Positions 15,288 to 30,762 of a DNA stretch of 64,000 bases are shown piece by piece. Both the position numbers and the translations under genes were made by a program. Below the pieces are notes generated by a model. The model had not been told where the DNA came from. It made no database searches and saw only the letters and a list, made by a program, of their open reading frames with translations. This stretch comes from Escherichia coli (lineage in GTDB: Bacteria > Pseudomonadota > Gammaproteobacteria > Enterobacterales > Enterobacteriaceae), in the NCBI RefSeq assembly GCF_011045215.1, contig NZ_CP049201.1. One strand, 5' to 3'. Every line of letters starts with the position of its first letter. Positions within the stretch are counted from its first letter, which is position 1.

Positions 15288-16100
15288 TTAATTCAGCACA
15301 TACTTTTCAATGGCAAACGCCACGCCATCTTCAAGGTTGGATTTGGTGACAAAGTTCGCCACTTCTTTCACCGAAGGAATAGCATTATCCATTGCCACAC
15401 CGACGCCTGCATATTCAATCATTGCGATGTCGTTTTCCTGATCGCCAATCGCCATGATTTCTTCCGGTTTAATACCTAACACGTCGGCCAGTGATTTCAC
15501 ACCCGTACCTTTGTTAACGCGTTTATCAAGGATTTCGAGGAAGTACGGCGCACTTTTCAGCACGGTATATTTCTCTTTCACTTCCTGCGGAATACGCGCG
15601 ATAGCCTGGTCGAGGATGGCGGGTTCATCAATCATCATCACTTTCAGGAACTGGGTATTGGGGTCCATTTTCTCCGCTTCGCAGAACACCAGCGGAATGG
15701 TGGCAACGAAGGATTCATGCACCGTGTAGTAGCTGATATCACGGTTGGCGGTGTACAGCGTGGTGCGGTCCAGGGCGTGGAAATGAGAACCGACTTCGCG
15801 AGAGAGTTTTTCCAGGAAACGATAGTCGTCATAGCTGAGAGCAGTTTGCGCCACGGTGCTACCATCAGCGGCCTTCTGTACCAGCGCGCCGTTATAAGTA
15901 ATGCAGTAGTCACCCGGCTGTTCCATATGCAGCTCTTTCAGGTAGTTGTGCACACCTGCATACGGGCGGCCCGTCGTTAGCACGACATTCACGCCACGGG
16001 CGCGAGCTGCAGCAATCGCATTTTTAACGGCAGGTGAAATGGTGTGATCGGGCAGCAGAAGGGTGCCATCCATATCGATAGCAATGAGTTTTATAGCCAT
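15288..16100 (-). CDS. yidA: HAD-superfamily sugar phosphatase (Cof-type), 270 aa
   Basis: MAIKLIAIDMDGTLL with the DxDGT HAD motif. Confidence 0.9.
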   Translation of the reverse strand: MAIKLIAIDMDGTLLLPDHTISPAVKNAIAAARARGVNVVLTTGRPYAGVHNYLKELHMEQPGDYCITYNGALVQKAADGSTVAQTALSYDDYRFLEKLSREVGSHFHALDRTTLYTANRDISYYTVHESFVATIPLVFCEAEKMDPNTQFLKVMMIDEPAILDQAIARIPQEVKEKYTVLKSAPYFLEILDKRVNKGTGVKSLADVLGIKPEEIMAIGDQENDIAMIEYAGVGVAMDNAIPSVKEVANFVTKSNLEDGVAFAIEKYVLN

Positions 16101-16214
16101 GAGTTCCCCAGGTAGATTGGTTCCTGACCCATGCTAACGCGATTCCGCTCAAAAATCAGTACAACACCCGAGGGAAAAGGGGGATGCAACGCGGGTTGCA
16201 TGCTCCCCATTTGC

Positions 16215-16613
16215 TTAGCGGAAGAGTTTCCCTTTCAGCAGTTCCATCCCTGAGGAAAGTAAATCATTGTTGGCTTGCGGCGCTACATCGCCCTGTGGCG
16301 AGAGAGCATCAATAATCTTCGGCAATTGCTCTGCCAGTAAGCTGGAAGCCGTACTGGTATCCACGCCAAGTTTTTGTCCAAGATCGGACACCGCGTTTGT
16401 GCCGAGTGCTGATTCCAGTTGCTCGCCGCTAACTGGTTGATTGCCCTGTTGATTACTCAGCCAGGTTGAGAGAATGGCCCCTAAGCCGCCACTTTGCAGT
16501 TTTTCCAGCAGCACCTGAATGCCGCCCTGCTCCTCAACCCAACTTAAAATCGCCTGATATTTCCCCGCATCGCCTTTCAGAAAGGCGCCGACAACTTCAT
16601 CAAAAAGCCCCAT
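16215..16613 (-). CDS. yidB: Conserved protein of unknown function, ~132 aa
   Basis: Start at MGLFDEVVGAF; position between yidA and gyrB. Confidence 0.8.
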   Translation of the reverse strand: MGLFDEVVGAFLKGDAGKYQAILSWVEEQGGIQVLLEKLQSGGLGAILSTWLSNQQGNQPVSGEQLESALGTNAVSDLGQKLGVDTSTASSLLAEQLPKIIDALSPQGDVAPQANNDLLSSGMELLKGKLFR

Positions 16614-16690
16614 GATAATCACCTGTAAAGCGTTACGTGTTGACCCAAAAAGTATAGAACTGCGGGATGATAATTGCGGATTGCAGAAAT

Positions 16691-16721
16691 AAAAAGGGCG
16701 GAGATGATCTCCGCCCTTTTC
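16691..16721. terminator. Stem-loop terminator downstream of gyrB
   Basis: aaaaagggcggagatgatctccgcccttttc: GC-rich stem flanked by A/T runs on both sides. Confidence 0.6.
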
Positions 16722-16730
16722 TTATAGCTT

Positions 16731-16832
16731 CTTGCCGGATGCGGCGTGAACGCCTTATCCGGCCTACAAAAACATGCAAATTCAATATATTGCAGGAGTC
16801 TCGTAGGCCTGATAAGCGTAGCGCATCAGGCA
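16731..16832. repeat. REP-type extragenic palindromes
   Basis: gccggatgcggcgtgaacgccttatccggcctac and gtaggcctgataagcgtagcgcatcaggc are typical REP units. Confidence 0.55.
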
Positions 16833-16852
16833 CGCTCGCATGGTTAACGCCA

Positions 16853-20368
<3,516 letters not shown>

Positions 20369-20369
<1 letters not shown>

Positions 20370-21469
20370 TACAGTCTCATTGGCATGACAACATAAGCCG
20401 CGCTCTGGCTGGCTGCATCTTCAATCTGCACGCTGGAAACCGAATCGGTCAGCATCATGCGGACGTTTTCGCATTTCAGCGCGTTCAGAACATCCAGCAC
20501 ATAGCTGACGTTGAAGCCGATTTCCATCTCCGCACCGCTATAGGTAACGTCGAGGATCTCTTCCGCTTCTTCCTGTTCCGGGTTGTTGGCGGTGATTTTC
20601 AGCTGGTTTTCGCTGACATACAGGCGCACACCGCGGAATTTCTCGTTAGAGAGAATTGCCGCGCGAGCAAACGCCTGCTTGAGGAGATCGCAGCCTGCTT
20701 CCAGATGTTTGTCCGGATTCTTCGGCAGAACGCGGCGGTAATCCGGGAAGCGACCATCCACCAGTTTAGAGGTGAAGATAAAGTCGCCAACGTGGGCGCG
20801 AATATTGTTGCTGCCAATCTGCACGCGCAGCGGATTATCGCCGCCGTCGAGCATACGCATCAGTTCAATCACGCCTTTACGCGGCACGATCACCGAATGG
20901 CTTGGCAAAGATTGACCAATTGGCATTGAACAGACCGCCAGACGGTGGCCGTCGGTCGCCACGGTGCGCAGTTCTTCACCTTCGGTTTCAAACAGCATAC
21001 CGTTTAAGTAATAGCGAACGTCCTGATGCGCCATAGAAAACTGGGTCGCTTCAATCAGACGCTTCATCGTCGCCTGCGGCAGGGTAAATTCGACTTCACT
21101 CTGCCAGTCATCGAGGTTCGGGAAATCCGCCGCTGGCAGGGTAGACAGCGAAAAACGGCTACGCCCGGAGCGCACCAGCATCCGCTCACCTTCCAGCTGC
21201 ACGGCAATTTCCGCGCCTTCAGGCAGACCACGGCAGATATCAAAGAATTTGCGCGCCGGAACGGTCGTCGCTCCTGGCTCGTGTGGCTGAACCAGCGCAA
21301 CGCGTGCCACCATTTCCATCTCGAGATCAGTACCGGTCAGCGACAACGTACCGTCAGCAACCTGTAACAGCAGATTACCGAGAATCGGTAGCGTAGGACG
21401 ACCACCTAACGGACCGCTCACCTGTTGTAGCGGTTTTAATAAATGCTCACGTTCTACGGTAAATTTCAT
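20369..21469 (-). CDS. dnaN: DNA polymerase III beta sliding clamp, 366 aa
   Basis: [37 protein letters not shown]... full-length. Confidence 0.97.
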
Positions 21470-21473
21470 AGGT

Positions 21474-22877
21474 TTACGATGACAATGTTCTGATTAAATT
21501 TGAAAAATCTTCTTTGATATCGTGGCTCTCTTCACGCAGCTGCTCGATCTTACGGCAGGCATGAAGCACCGTCGTGTGGTCACGACCACCAAACGCATCG
21601 CCAATCTCTGGCAGACTGTGGTTAGTCAGCTCTTTCGCCAGCGCCATCGCCATCTGACGCGGACGAGCCACCGAGCGGGATCGACGCTTGGAAAGGAGAT
21701 CCGCGACTTTGATCTTGTAGTACTCCGCCACCGTCTTCTGAATATTGTCGATGGTGACCAGTTTTTCCTGCAATGCCAGCAAGTCGCGCAGCGCCTCACG
21801 CACGAAGTCGATAGTGATCGCCCGTCCGGTAAAGTTGGCGTTAGCAATAACGCGGTTCAGCGCGCCTTCCAGCTCACGTACGTTAGATCGTAGACGCTTG
21901 GCGATAAAGAACGCCACTTCGCCTGGCAAACGAATGTCATTTTCGTCGGCCTTTTTCATCAGGATCGCCACGCGGGTTTCTAACTCTGGCGGTTCGATCG
22001 CCACAGTCAGCCCCCAGCCGAAGCGGGATTTCAAACGATCTTCAACGCCGTTGATCTCTTTCGGATAGCGATCCGAGGTGAGAATGATCTGTTGATTACC
22101 TTCCAGCAGGGCGTTGAAGGTGTGGAAAAACTCTTCCTGAGATCGTTCTTTATTAGCAAAAAACTGAATATCGTCGATCAGCAGTGCATCTACGGAACGG
22201 TAGTAGCGTTTAAACTCTTCGATCGCGTTGTTTTGCAGGGCTTTAACCATGTCCTGAACAAAGCGCTCGGAGTGCATATAAACCACTTTGGCATTCGGCT
22301 TGCGCGCCATAATGCCGTTACCCACCGCATGCAGCAGGTGAGTTTTACCCAGACCCGTGCCGCCATAAAGGAACAACGGGTTATAGGCACCGCCAGGGTT
22401 ATCCGCCACCTGGCGAGCCGCCGCGCGCGCCAGTTGGTTAGATTTACCTTCAACGAAGTTATCAAACGTGTGTTTGACGTTTACGTTAGAACGATAGGTC
22501 GGTTCTGCCGGGGCCGGGACGTTATCCCAACCTGAGCGCGTAGAAGGCGCAGCACGTTGCGGCTGCGTTTGCGCCACCTGTGCAGGGGCCGCGACGTTGC
22601 TCGTCACTGCCGCTTGTGGCGTTTGCGTCACCGGTTTGGTGCCGACTTCAAAACGCAGCTGTGGGGCATCCGCTCCGCAGAAACTGGTTAGCAGTCCATT
22701 GATATTATTAAGGTACTTGTCCCGTACCCAATCGAGGACAAAACGGTTTGGCGCGTACAGGGCCAGCGTGTTATCGCTCAGTTCCGCCTGCAATGGGCGT
22801 ATCCACATACTGAATTCTGTGGCTGGTAACTCATCCTGCAATCGGGCAAGACACTGCTGCCAAAGCGAAAGTGACAC
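21474..22877 (-). CDS. dnaA: Chromosomal replication initiator DnaA, 467 aa, GTG start
   Basis: [23 protein letters not shown]...; AAA+ Walker [12 protein letters not shown]; the track ORF is over-extended at the N-terminus. Confidence 0.97.
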
Positions 22878-23150
22878 GGCGGACTCCACTCGAACAAAAG
22901 TCGATAATGACTAAGGCTGAAACATTCATGATTGTTGACGTACGTCGAAAAGACCCTGCTTGAGGGTGACGCACGAACCGCTGTCTGCGGTTATATGCCC
23001 GATCAAGATCCTGCAAAACGATCGGGACCGCGGATCATAGCCTAAACTGCGCAAGAGATCTTCTGTTTCTCACAGATTTTCCCGATTTATCCACAGGATG
23101 ATCCAGAACTCGCTAAGTGTAAACGATCCTGCCGCGAGGCGGGCACGATT
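22878..23150 (-). promoter_or_regulatory. dnaA promoter region with a DnaA box and GATC cluster
   Basis: ttatccaca at 23087-23095 plus several GATC sites upstream of dnaA. Confidence 0.6.
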
Positions 23151-23471
23151 TACGCCGCATATTGGAAAATTTAATGACCATAGACAAAAATTGGCTTAAT
23201 CGATCTAATAAAGATCCAGGACGATCCTTGCGCTTTACCCGTCAGCCCGTATAATCCTCCACCCGGCGCGCCATGCTGGTTTTCACTGGTGTGAGGTCGT
23301 ACATTTTCCCTGCGAAAAGGTGCGGAAAAGCGCGGTAAATAAGGAAAGAGAATTGACTCCGGAGTGTACAATTATTACAATCCGGCCTCTTTAATCACCC
23401 ATGGCTTCGGTGTCCATCGTTTCATTTTTCGGCGGATATCCAATAAAGCCATTGAATTTATTCAAGTTTAG

Positions 23472-23624
<153 letters not shown>

Positions 23625-23640
23625 TAAAGCTAACCCCTGA

Positions 23641-24000
23641 GTGGTTAAGCTCGCATTTCCCAGGGAGTTACGCTTGTTAACTCCCAGTCAATTCACATTC
23701 GTCTTCCAGCAGCCACAACGGGCTGGCACGCCGCAAATTACCATTCTCGGCCGCCTGAATTCGCTGGGGCATCCCCGTATCGGTCTTACAGTCGCCAAGA
23801 AAAACGTTCGACGCGCCCATGAACGCAATCGGATTAAACGTCTGACGCGTGAAAGCTTCCGTCTGCGCCAACATGAACTCCCGGCTATGGATTTCGTGGT
23901 GGTGGCGAAAAAAGGGGTTGCCGACCTCGATAACCGTGCTCTCTCGGAAGCGTTGGAAAAATTATGGCGCCGCCACTGTCGCCTGGCTCGCGGGTCCTGA
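23641..24000 (+). CDS. rnpA: RNase P protein component, 119 aa, GTG start
   Basis: [22 protein letters not shown]... directly downstream of rpmH. Confidence 0.9.
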
Positions 24001-24221
24001 TAGCCCTCATTCGGGTCTATCAACGCCTGATTAGTCCGCTACTCGGGCCGCATTGTCGTTTCACTCCAACCTGTTCAAGCTACGGAATTGAGGCATTGCG
24101 CAGGTTTGGAGTGATAAAAGGCAGTTGGTTGACGGTGAAACGCGTATTAAAATGCCACCCTTTACACCCTGGTGGTGACGATCCCGTCCCGCCCGGACCA
24201 TTTGATACCAGAGAACACTAA
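23964..24221 (+). CDS. yidD: Membrane protein insertion efficiency factor YidD, 85 aa
   Basis: Overlaps the rnpA 3' end; conserved cysteine-containing small protein upstream of yidC. Confidence 0.85.
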
Positions 24222-24223
24222 CG

Positions 24224-25870
24224 ATGGATTCGCAACGCAATCTTTTAGTCATCGCTTTGCTGTTCGTGTCTTTCATGATCTGGCAAGCCTGGGAGCAGGA
24301 TAAAAACCCGCAACCTCAGGCCCAACAGACCACGCAGACAACGACCACCGCAGCGGGTAGCGCCGCCGACCAGGGCGTACCGGCCAGTGGCCAGGGGAAA
24401 CTGATCTCGGTTAAGACCGACGTGCTTGATCTGACCATCAACACCCGTGGTGGTGATGTTGAGCAAGCTCTGCTGCCTGCTTACCCGAAAGAGCTGAACT
24501 CTACCCAGCCGTTCCAGCTGCTGGAAACTTCACCGCAGTTTATTTATCAGGCACAGAGCGGTCTGACCGGTCGTGATGGCCCGGATAACCCGGCTAACGG
24601 CCCGCGTCCGCTGTATAACGTTGAAAAAGACGCTTATGTGCTGGCTGAAGGTCAAAACGAACTGCAGGTGCCGATGACGTATACCGACGCGGCAGGCAAC
24701 ACGTTTACCAAAACGTTTGTCCTGAAACGGGGTGATTACGCTGTCAACGTCAACTACAACGTGCAGAACGCTGGCGAGAAACCGCTGGAAATCTCCACCT
24801 TTGGTCAGTTGAAGCAATCCATCACTCTGCCACCGCATCTCGATACCGGAAGCAGCAACTTCGCACTGCACACCTTCCGTGGCGCGGCGTACTCCACGCC
24901 TGACGAGAAGTATGAGAAATACAAGTTCGATACCATTGCCGATAACGAAAACCTGAACATCTCTTCGAAAGGTGGTTGGGTGGCAATGCTGCAACAGTAT
25001 TTCGCGACGGCGTGGATCCCGCATAACGACGGTACCAACAACTTCTATACCGCTAATCTGGGTAACGGCATCGCCGCTATCGGCTATAAATCTCAGCCGG
25101 TACTGGTTCAGCCTGGTCAGACTGGCGCGATGAACAGCACCCTGTGGGTTGGCCCGGAAATCCAGGACAAAATGGCAGCTGTTGCTCCGCACCTGGATCT
25201 GACCGTTGATTACGGTTGGTTGTGGTTCATCTCTCAGCCGCTGTTCAAACTGCTGAAATGGATCCATAGCTTTGTGGGTAACTGGGGCTTCTCCATTATC
25301 ATCATCACCTTTATCGTTCGTGGCATCATGTACCCGCTGACCAAAGCGCAGTACACCTCCATGGCGAAGATGCGTATGCTGCAGCCGAAGATTCAGGCGA
25401 TGCGTGAGCGTCTGGGCGATGACAAACAGCGTATCAGCCAGGAAATGATGGCGCTGTACAAAGCTGAGAAGGTTAACCCGCTGGGCGGCTGCTTCCCGCT
25501 GCTGATCCAGATGCCAATCTTCCTGGCGTTGTACTACATGCTGATGGGTTCCGTTGAACTGCGTCAGGCACCGTTTGCACTGTGGATCCACGACCTGTCG
25601 GCACAGGACCCGTACTACATCCTGCCGATCCTGATGGGCGTAACGATGTTCTTCATTCAGAAGATGTCGCCGACCACAGTGACCGACCCGATGCAGCAGA
25701 AGATCATGACCTTTATGCCGGTCATCTTCACCGTGTTCTTCCTGTGGTTCCCGTCAGGTCTGGTGCTGTACTATATCGTCAGCAACCTGGTAACCATTAT
25801 CCAGCAGCAGCTGATTTACCGTGGTCTGGAAAAACGTGGCCTGCATAGCCGCGAGAAGAAAAAATCCTGA
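24224..25870 (+). CDS. yidC: Membrane protein insertase YidC, 548 aa
   Basis: Full-length YidC/Oxa1-family insertase with a large periplasmic domain. Confidence 0.97.
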
Positions 25871-25893
25871 TTCGGTGAGTTTTCGCTAAAATA

Positions 25894-25920
25894 AGGGCGG
25901 TCAGTTGACCGCCTTTTTTC
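25894..25920 (+). terminator. Rho-independent terminator after yidC
   Basis: gggcggtcagttgaccgcc stem followed by tttttt. Confidence 0.55.
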
Positions 25921-25975
25921 TTTTCGTAGGGCGGATAAGCACCGCGCATCCGCCACACAAAGCAACAGGAACATC

Positions 25976-27340
25976 ATGAGCGATAATGACACTATCGTAG
26001 CCCAGGCCACGCCTCCGGGACGTGGCGGCGTTGGCATCCTGCGCATCTCCGGCTTCAAAGCCCGTGAAGTTGCCGAAACCGTGCTGGGTAAACTGCCTAA
26101 GCCGCGCTACGCCGATTATCTTCCGTTTAAAGACGCCGACGGCAGCGTGCTCGATCAGGGGATTGCGCTATGGTTCCCTGGCCCGAACTCGTTCACCGGC
26201 GAAGATGTGCTGGAACTGCAAGGTCATGGCGGTCCGGTGATCCTCGACCTGCTGTTAAAACGCATTCTGACCATTCCCGGCCTGCGGATTGCTCGCCCTG
26301 GTGAGTTTTCCGAACGCGCGTTTCTTAACGATAAACTCGACTTAGCCCAGGCCGAGGCGATTGCCGATCTTATTGATGCCAGTTCGGAACAGGCAGCCCG
26401 TTCGGCACTTAACTCGCTGCAAGGCGCATTCTCCGCACGGGTCAACCATCTGGTGGAAGCCCTCACCCACTTGCGCATTTACGTCGAAGCGGCAATTGAT
26501 TTCCCCGATGAAGAGATCGATTTCCTCTCCGACGGAAAAATTGAAGCCCAGCTTAATGACGTGATTGCCGATCTCGATGCAGTGCGTGCTGAAGCACGTC
26601 AGGGTAGTTTGTTGCGCGAAGGGATGAAGGTGGTGATTGCCGGACGTCCTAATGCCGGTAAATCGAGCCTGTTAAACGCGCTGGCGGGCCGTGAAGCGGC
26701 AATCGTAACCGATATCGCCGGAACCACGCGTGACGTGCTGCGTGAGCATATCCATATTGACGGAATGCCGCTGCATATCATCGATACCGCCGGGCTACGT
26801 GAAGCCAGTGACGAAGTTGAACGTATTGGGATCGAGCGCGCGTGGCAGGAAATTGAACAGGCCGACCGCGTGCTGTTTATGGTCGATGGCACCACGACAG
26901 ACGCCGTTGATCCGGCAGAGATCTGGCCGGAATTTATCGCCCGTCTGCCAGCGAAACTGCCGATCACCGTGGTGCGCAATAAAGCCGATATCACCGGCGA
27001 AACGCTGGGAATAAGTGAAGTGAACGGTCACGCGTTAATTCGTCTGTCTGCAAGGACTGGCGAAGGCGTGGACGTGCTGCGTAACCATCTCAAACAGAGC
27101 ATGGGCTTTGACACCAACATGGAAGGCGGCTTCCTGGCGCGCCGTCGCCACTTACAGGCGCTGGAACAAGCGGCGGAACATCTACAACTGGGCAAAGCGC
27201 AACTGTTGGGAGCCTGGGCAGGTGAACTGCTGGCGGAAGAGTTGCGCCTGGCGCAGCAGAACTTAAGCGAAATCACCGGGGAATTTACCTCTGACGACCT
27301 GCTGGGGCGGATTTTCTCCAGCTTCTGTATCGGTAAGTAA
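25976..27340 (+). CDS. mnmE: tRNA modification GTPase MnmE, 454 aa
   Basis: G-domain motifs ([16 protein letters not shown]) and C-terminal CIGK. Confidence 0.97.
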   Translation: MSDNDTIVAQATPPGRGGVGILRISGFKAREVAETVLGKLPKPRYADYLPFKDADGSVLDQGIALWFPGPNSFTGEDVLELQGHGGPVILDLLLKRILTIPGLRIARPGEFSERAFLNDKLDLAQAEAIADLIDASSEQAARSALNSLQGAFSARVNHLVEALTHLRIYVEAAIDFPDEEIDFLSDGKIEAQLNDVIADLDAVRAEARQGSLLREGMKVVIAGRPNAGKSSLLNALAGREAAIVTDIAGTTRDVLREHIHIDGMPLHIIDTAGLREASDEVERIGIERAWQEIEQADRVLFMVDGTTTDAVDPAEIWPEFIARLPAKLPITVVRNKADITGETLGISEVNGHALIRLSARTGEGVDVLRNHLKQSMGFDTNMEGGFLARRRHLQALEQAAEHLQLGKAQLLGAWAGELLAEELRLAQQNLSEITGEFTSDDLLGRIFSSFCIGK

Positions 27341-27582
27341 CCTCGCTTACGAAGCCGCATTCTGACTGTCAGATGCGGCTTCGCTTCATTGTTAGCACTC
27401 CTGTTATTCCTCAACCCTTTTTTTAAACATTAAAATTCTTACGTAATTTATAATCTTTAAAAAAAGCATTTAATATTGCTCCCCGAACGATTGTGATTCG
27501 ATTCACATTTAAACAATTTCAGAATAGACAAAAACTCTGAGTGTAATAATGTAGCTTCGTGTCTTTCGAGGATAAGTGCATT

Positions 27583-27657
27583 ATGAATATCTTACATATA
27601 TGTGTGACCTCAAAATGGTTCAATATTGACAACAAGATTGTCGATCACCGCCCTTGA
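27583..27657 (+). CDS. tnaC: tna operon leader peptide TnaC, 24 aa
   Basis: atgaatatcttacat... translates to MNILHICVTSKWFNIDNKIVDHRP-stop, with the regulatory Trp codon at position 12. Confidence 0.88.
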   Translation: MNILHICVTSKWFNIDNKIVDHRP

Positions 27658-27877
27658 TTTGCCCTTCTGTAGCCATCACCAGAGCCAAACCGATTAGATT
27701 CAATGTGATCTATTTGTTTGCTATATCTTAAATTTGCCTTTTGCAAAGGCCATCTCTCGTTTATTTACTTGTGTTAGTAAATGATGGTGCTTGCATATAT
27801 ACATGGCGAATTAATGGATATTGCAGATGCAATATTCACAGGGATCACTGTAATTAAAATAAATGAAGGATTATGTA
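27658..27877 (+). promoter_or_regulatory. tna leader spacer (Rho-dependent attenuation region) between tnaC and tnaA
   Basis: ~220 nt untranslated, low-GC spacer between the TnaC stop and the tnaA start; role follows established tna regulation. Confidence 0.6.
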
Positions 27878-29293
27878 ATGGAAAACTTTAAACATCTCCC
27901 TGAACCGTTCCGCATTCGTGTTATTGAGCCAGTAAAACGTACCACTCGCGCTTATCGTGAAGAGGCAATTATTAAATCCGGTATGAACCCGTTCCTGCTG
28001 GATAGCGAAGATGTGTTTATCGATTTACTGACCGACAGCGGCACCGGGGCGGTGACGCAGAGTATGCAGGCCGCGATGATGCGCGGCGACGAAGCTTACA
28101 GCGGCAGCCGCAGCTACTATGCGTTAGCCGAGTCAGTGAAAAATATCTTTGGTTATCAATACACCATTCCGACTCACCAGGGCCGTGGTGCAGAGCAAAT
28201 CTATATTCCGGTACTGATTAAAAAGCGCGAACAGGAAAAAGGCCTGGATCGCAGCAAAATGGTGGCGTTCTCCAACTATTTCTTTGATACCACGCAGGGC
28301 CATAGCCAGATTAACGGCTGTACCGTGCGTAACGTCTATATCAAAGAAGCCTTCGATACGGGCGTGCGTTACGACTTTAAAGGCAACTTTGACCTTGAGG
28401 GATTAGAACGCGGTATTGAAGAAGTTGGTCCGAATAACGTGCCGTATATCGTTGCAACCATCACCAGTAACTCCGCAGGCGGTCAGCCGGTTTCACTGGC
28501 AAACTTAAAAGCGATGTACAGCATCGCGAAGAAATACGATATTCCGGTGGTAATGGACTCTGCACGCTTTGCTGAAAACGCCTATTTCATCAAGCAGCGT
28601 GAAGCAGAATATAAAGACTGGACCATCGAGCAGATCACCCGCGAAACCTACAAATATGCCGATATGCTGGCGATGTCCGCCAAGAAAGATGCGATGGTGC
28701 CGATGGGCGGCTTGCTGTGCATGAAAGACGACAGTTTCTTTGATGTGTACACCGAGTGCAGAACCCTTTGCGTGGTACAGGAAGGCTTCCCGACGTATGG
28801 CGGCCTGGAAGGCGGCGCGATGGAGCGTCTGGCCGTAGGTCTGTATGACGGCATGAATCTGGACTGGCTGGCTTATCGTATTGCGCAGGTGCAGTATCTG
28901 GTCGATGGTCTGGAAGAGATTGGCGTTGTCTGCCAGCAGGCGGGCGGTCACGCGGCATTCGTTGATGCCGGTAAACTGTTGCCGCATATCCCGGCAGATC
29001 AGTTCCCGGCACAGGCGCTGGCCTGCGAGCTGTATAAAGTCGCCGGTATCCGCGCGGTAGAAATTGGCTCTTTCCTGTTAGGCCGCGATCCGAAAACCGG
29101 TAAACAACTGCCATGCCCGGCAGAACTACTGCGTTTAACCATTCCGCGCGCAACATATACTCAAACACATATGGACTTCATTATTGAAGCCTTCAAACAT
29201 GTGAAAGAGAACGCGGCGAATATTAAAGGATTAACCTTTACCTACGAACCGAAAGTATTGCGTCACTTCACCGCAAAACTGAAAGAAGTTTAA
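27878..29293 (+). CDS. tnaA: Tryptophanase, 471 aa
   Basis: [31 protein letters not shown]... full-length. Confidence 0.97.
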
Positions 29294-29383
29294 TTAATAC
29301 TACAGAGTGGCTATAAGGATGTTAGCCACTCTCTTACCCTACATCCTCAATAACAAAAATAGCCTTCCTCTAAAGGTGGCATC

Positions 29384-30631
29384 ATGACTGATCAAGCTGA
29401 AAAAAAGCACTCTGCATTTTGGGGTGTTATGGTTATAGCAGGTACAGTAATCGGTGGAGGTATGTTTGCTTTACCTGTTGATCTTGCCGGTGCCTGGTTT
29501 TTCTGGGGTGCCTTTATCCTTATCATTGCCTGGTTTTCAATGCTTCATTCCGGGTTATTGTTATTAGAAGCAAATTTAAATTATCCCGTCGGCTCCAGTT
29601 TTAACACCATCACCAAAGATTTAATCGGTAACACCTGGAACATTATCAGCGGTATTACCGTTGCCTTTGTTCTCTATATCCTCACTTATGCCTATATCTC
29701 TGCTAATGGTGCGATCATTAGTGAAACGATATCAATGAATTTGGGTTATCACGCTAATCCACGTATTGTCGGGATCTGCACAGCCATTTTCGTTGCCAGC
29801 GTATTGTGGATAAGCTCGTTAGCCGCCAGTCGTATTACCTCATTGTTCCTCGGGCTGAAGATTATCTCCTTTGTGATCGTGTTTGGTTCTTTCTTCTTCC
29901 AGGTCGATTACTCCATTCTGCGCGATGCCACCAGCTCCACTGCGGGAACGTCTTACTTCCCGTATATCTTTATGGCTTTGCCGGTGTGTCTGGCGTCATT
30001 TGGTTTCCACGGCAATATTCCCAGCCTGATTATTTGCTATGGCAAACGCAAAGATAAGCTAATCAAAAGCGTGGTCTTCGGTTCGCTGCTGGCGCTGGTG
30101 ATTTATCTCTTCTGGCTCTATTGCACCATGGGGAATATTCCGCGAGAAAGCTTTAAGGCGATTATTTCCTCAGGCGGCAACGTTGATTCACTGGTGAAAT
30201 CGTTCCTCGGCACCAAACAGCACGGCATTATCGAGTTTTGCCTGCTGGTGTTCTCCAACTTAGCTGTCTCCAGCTCGTTTTTTGGTGTCACGCTGGGGTT
30301 GTTCGATTATCTGGCGGACCTGTTTAAGATTGATAACTCCCACGGCGGGCGTTTCAAAACCGTGCTGTTAACCTTCCTGCCACCCGCGTTGTTGTATCTG
30401 ATCTTCCCGAACGGCTTTATTTACGGGATCGGCGGTGCCGGACTGTGCGCCACTATCTGGGCGGTCATTATCCCCGCGGTGCTGGCAATCAAAGCTCGCA
30501 AAAAGTTTCCCAATCAGATGTTCACGGTCTGGGGCGGCAATCTTATTCCGGCGATTGTCATTCTCTTTGGTATAACCGTAATTTTGTGCTGGTTCGGCAA
30601 CGTCTTTAACGTGTTACCTAAATTTGGCTAA
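29384..30631 (+). CDS. tnaB: Low-affinity tryptophan permease, 415 aa
   Basis: Polytopic aromatic amino acid permease directly downstream of tnaA. Confidence 0.95.
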   Translation: MTDQAEKKHSAFWGVMVIAGTVIGGGMFALPVDLAGAWFFWGAFILIIAWFSMLHSGLLLLEANLNYPVGSSFNTITKDLIGNTWNIISGITVAFVLYILTYAYISANGAIISETISMNLGYHANPRIVGICTAIFVASVLWISSLAASRITSLFLGLKIISFVIVFGSFFFQVDYSILRDATSSTAGTSYFPYIFMALPVCLASFGFHGNIPSLIICYGKRKDKLIKSVVFGSLLALVIYLFWLYCTMGNIPRESFKAIISSGGNVDSLVKSFLGTKQHGIIEFCLLVFSNLAVSSSFFGVTLGLFDYLADLFKIDNSHGGRFKTVLLTFLPPALLYLIFPNGFIYGIGGAGLCATIWAVIIPAVLAIKARKKFPNQMFTVWGGNLIPAIVILFGITVILCWFGNVFNVLPKFG

Positions 30632-30762
30632 ATCCTTCAAGAAGCCAGTCATTCGCTGGCTTCTTGCCTCTCAGGAAATCACACATGTCCAAATGGCAAC
30701 TCGCCTGATCCTCCTTCACCACGTATGCTTTGCGTCACCTTACTATCAGGACGCTTTAGCCC

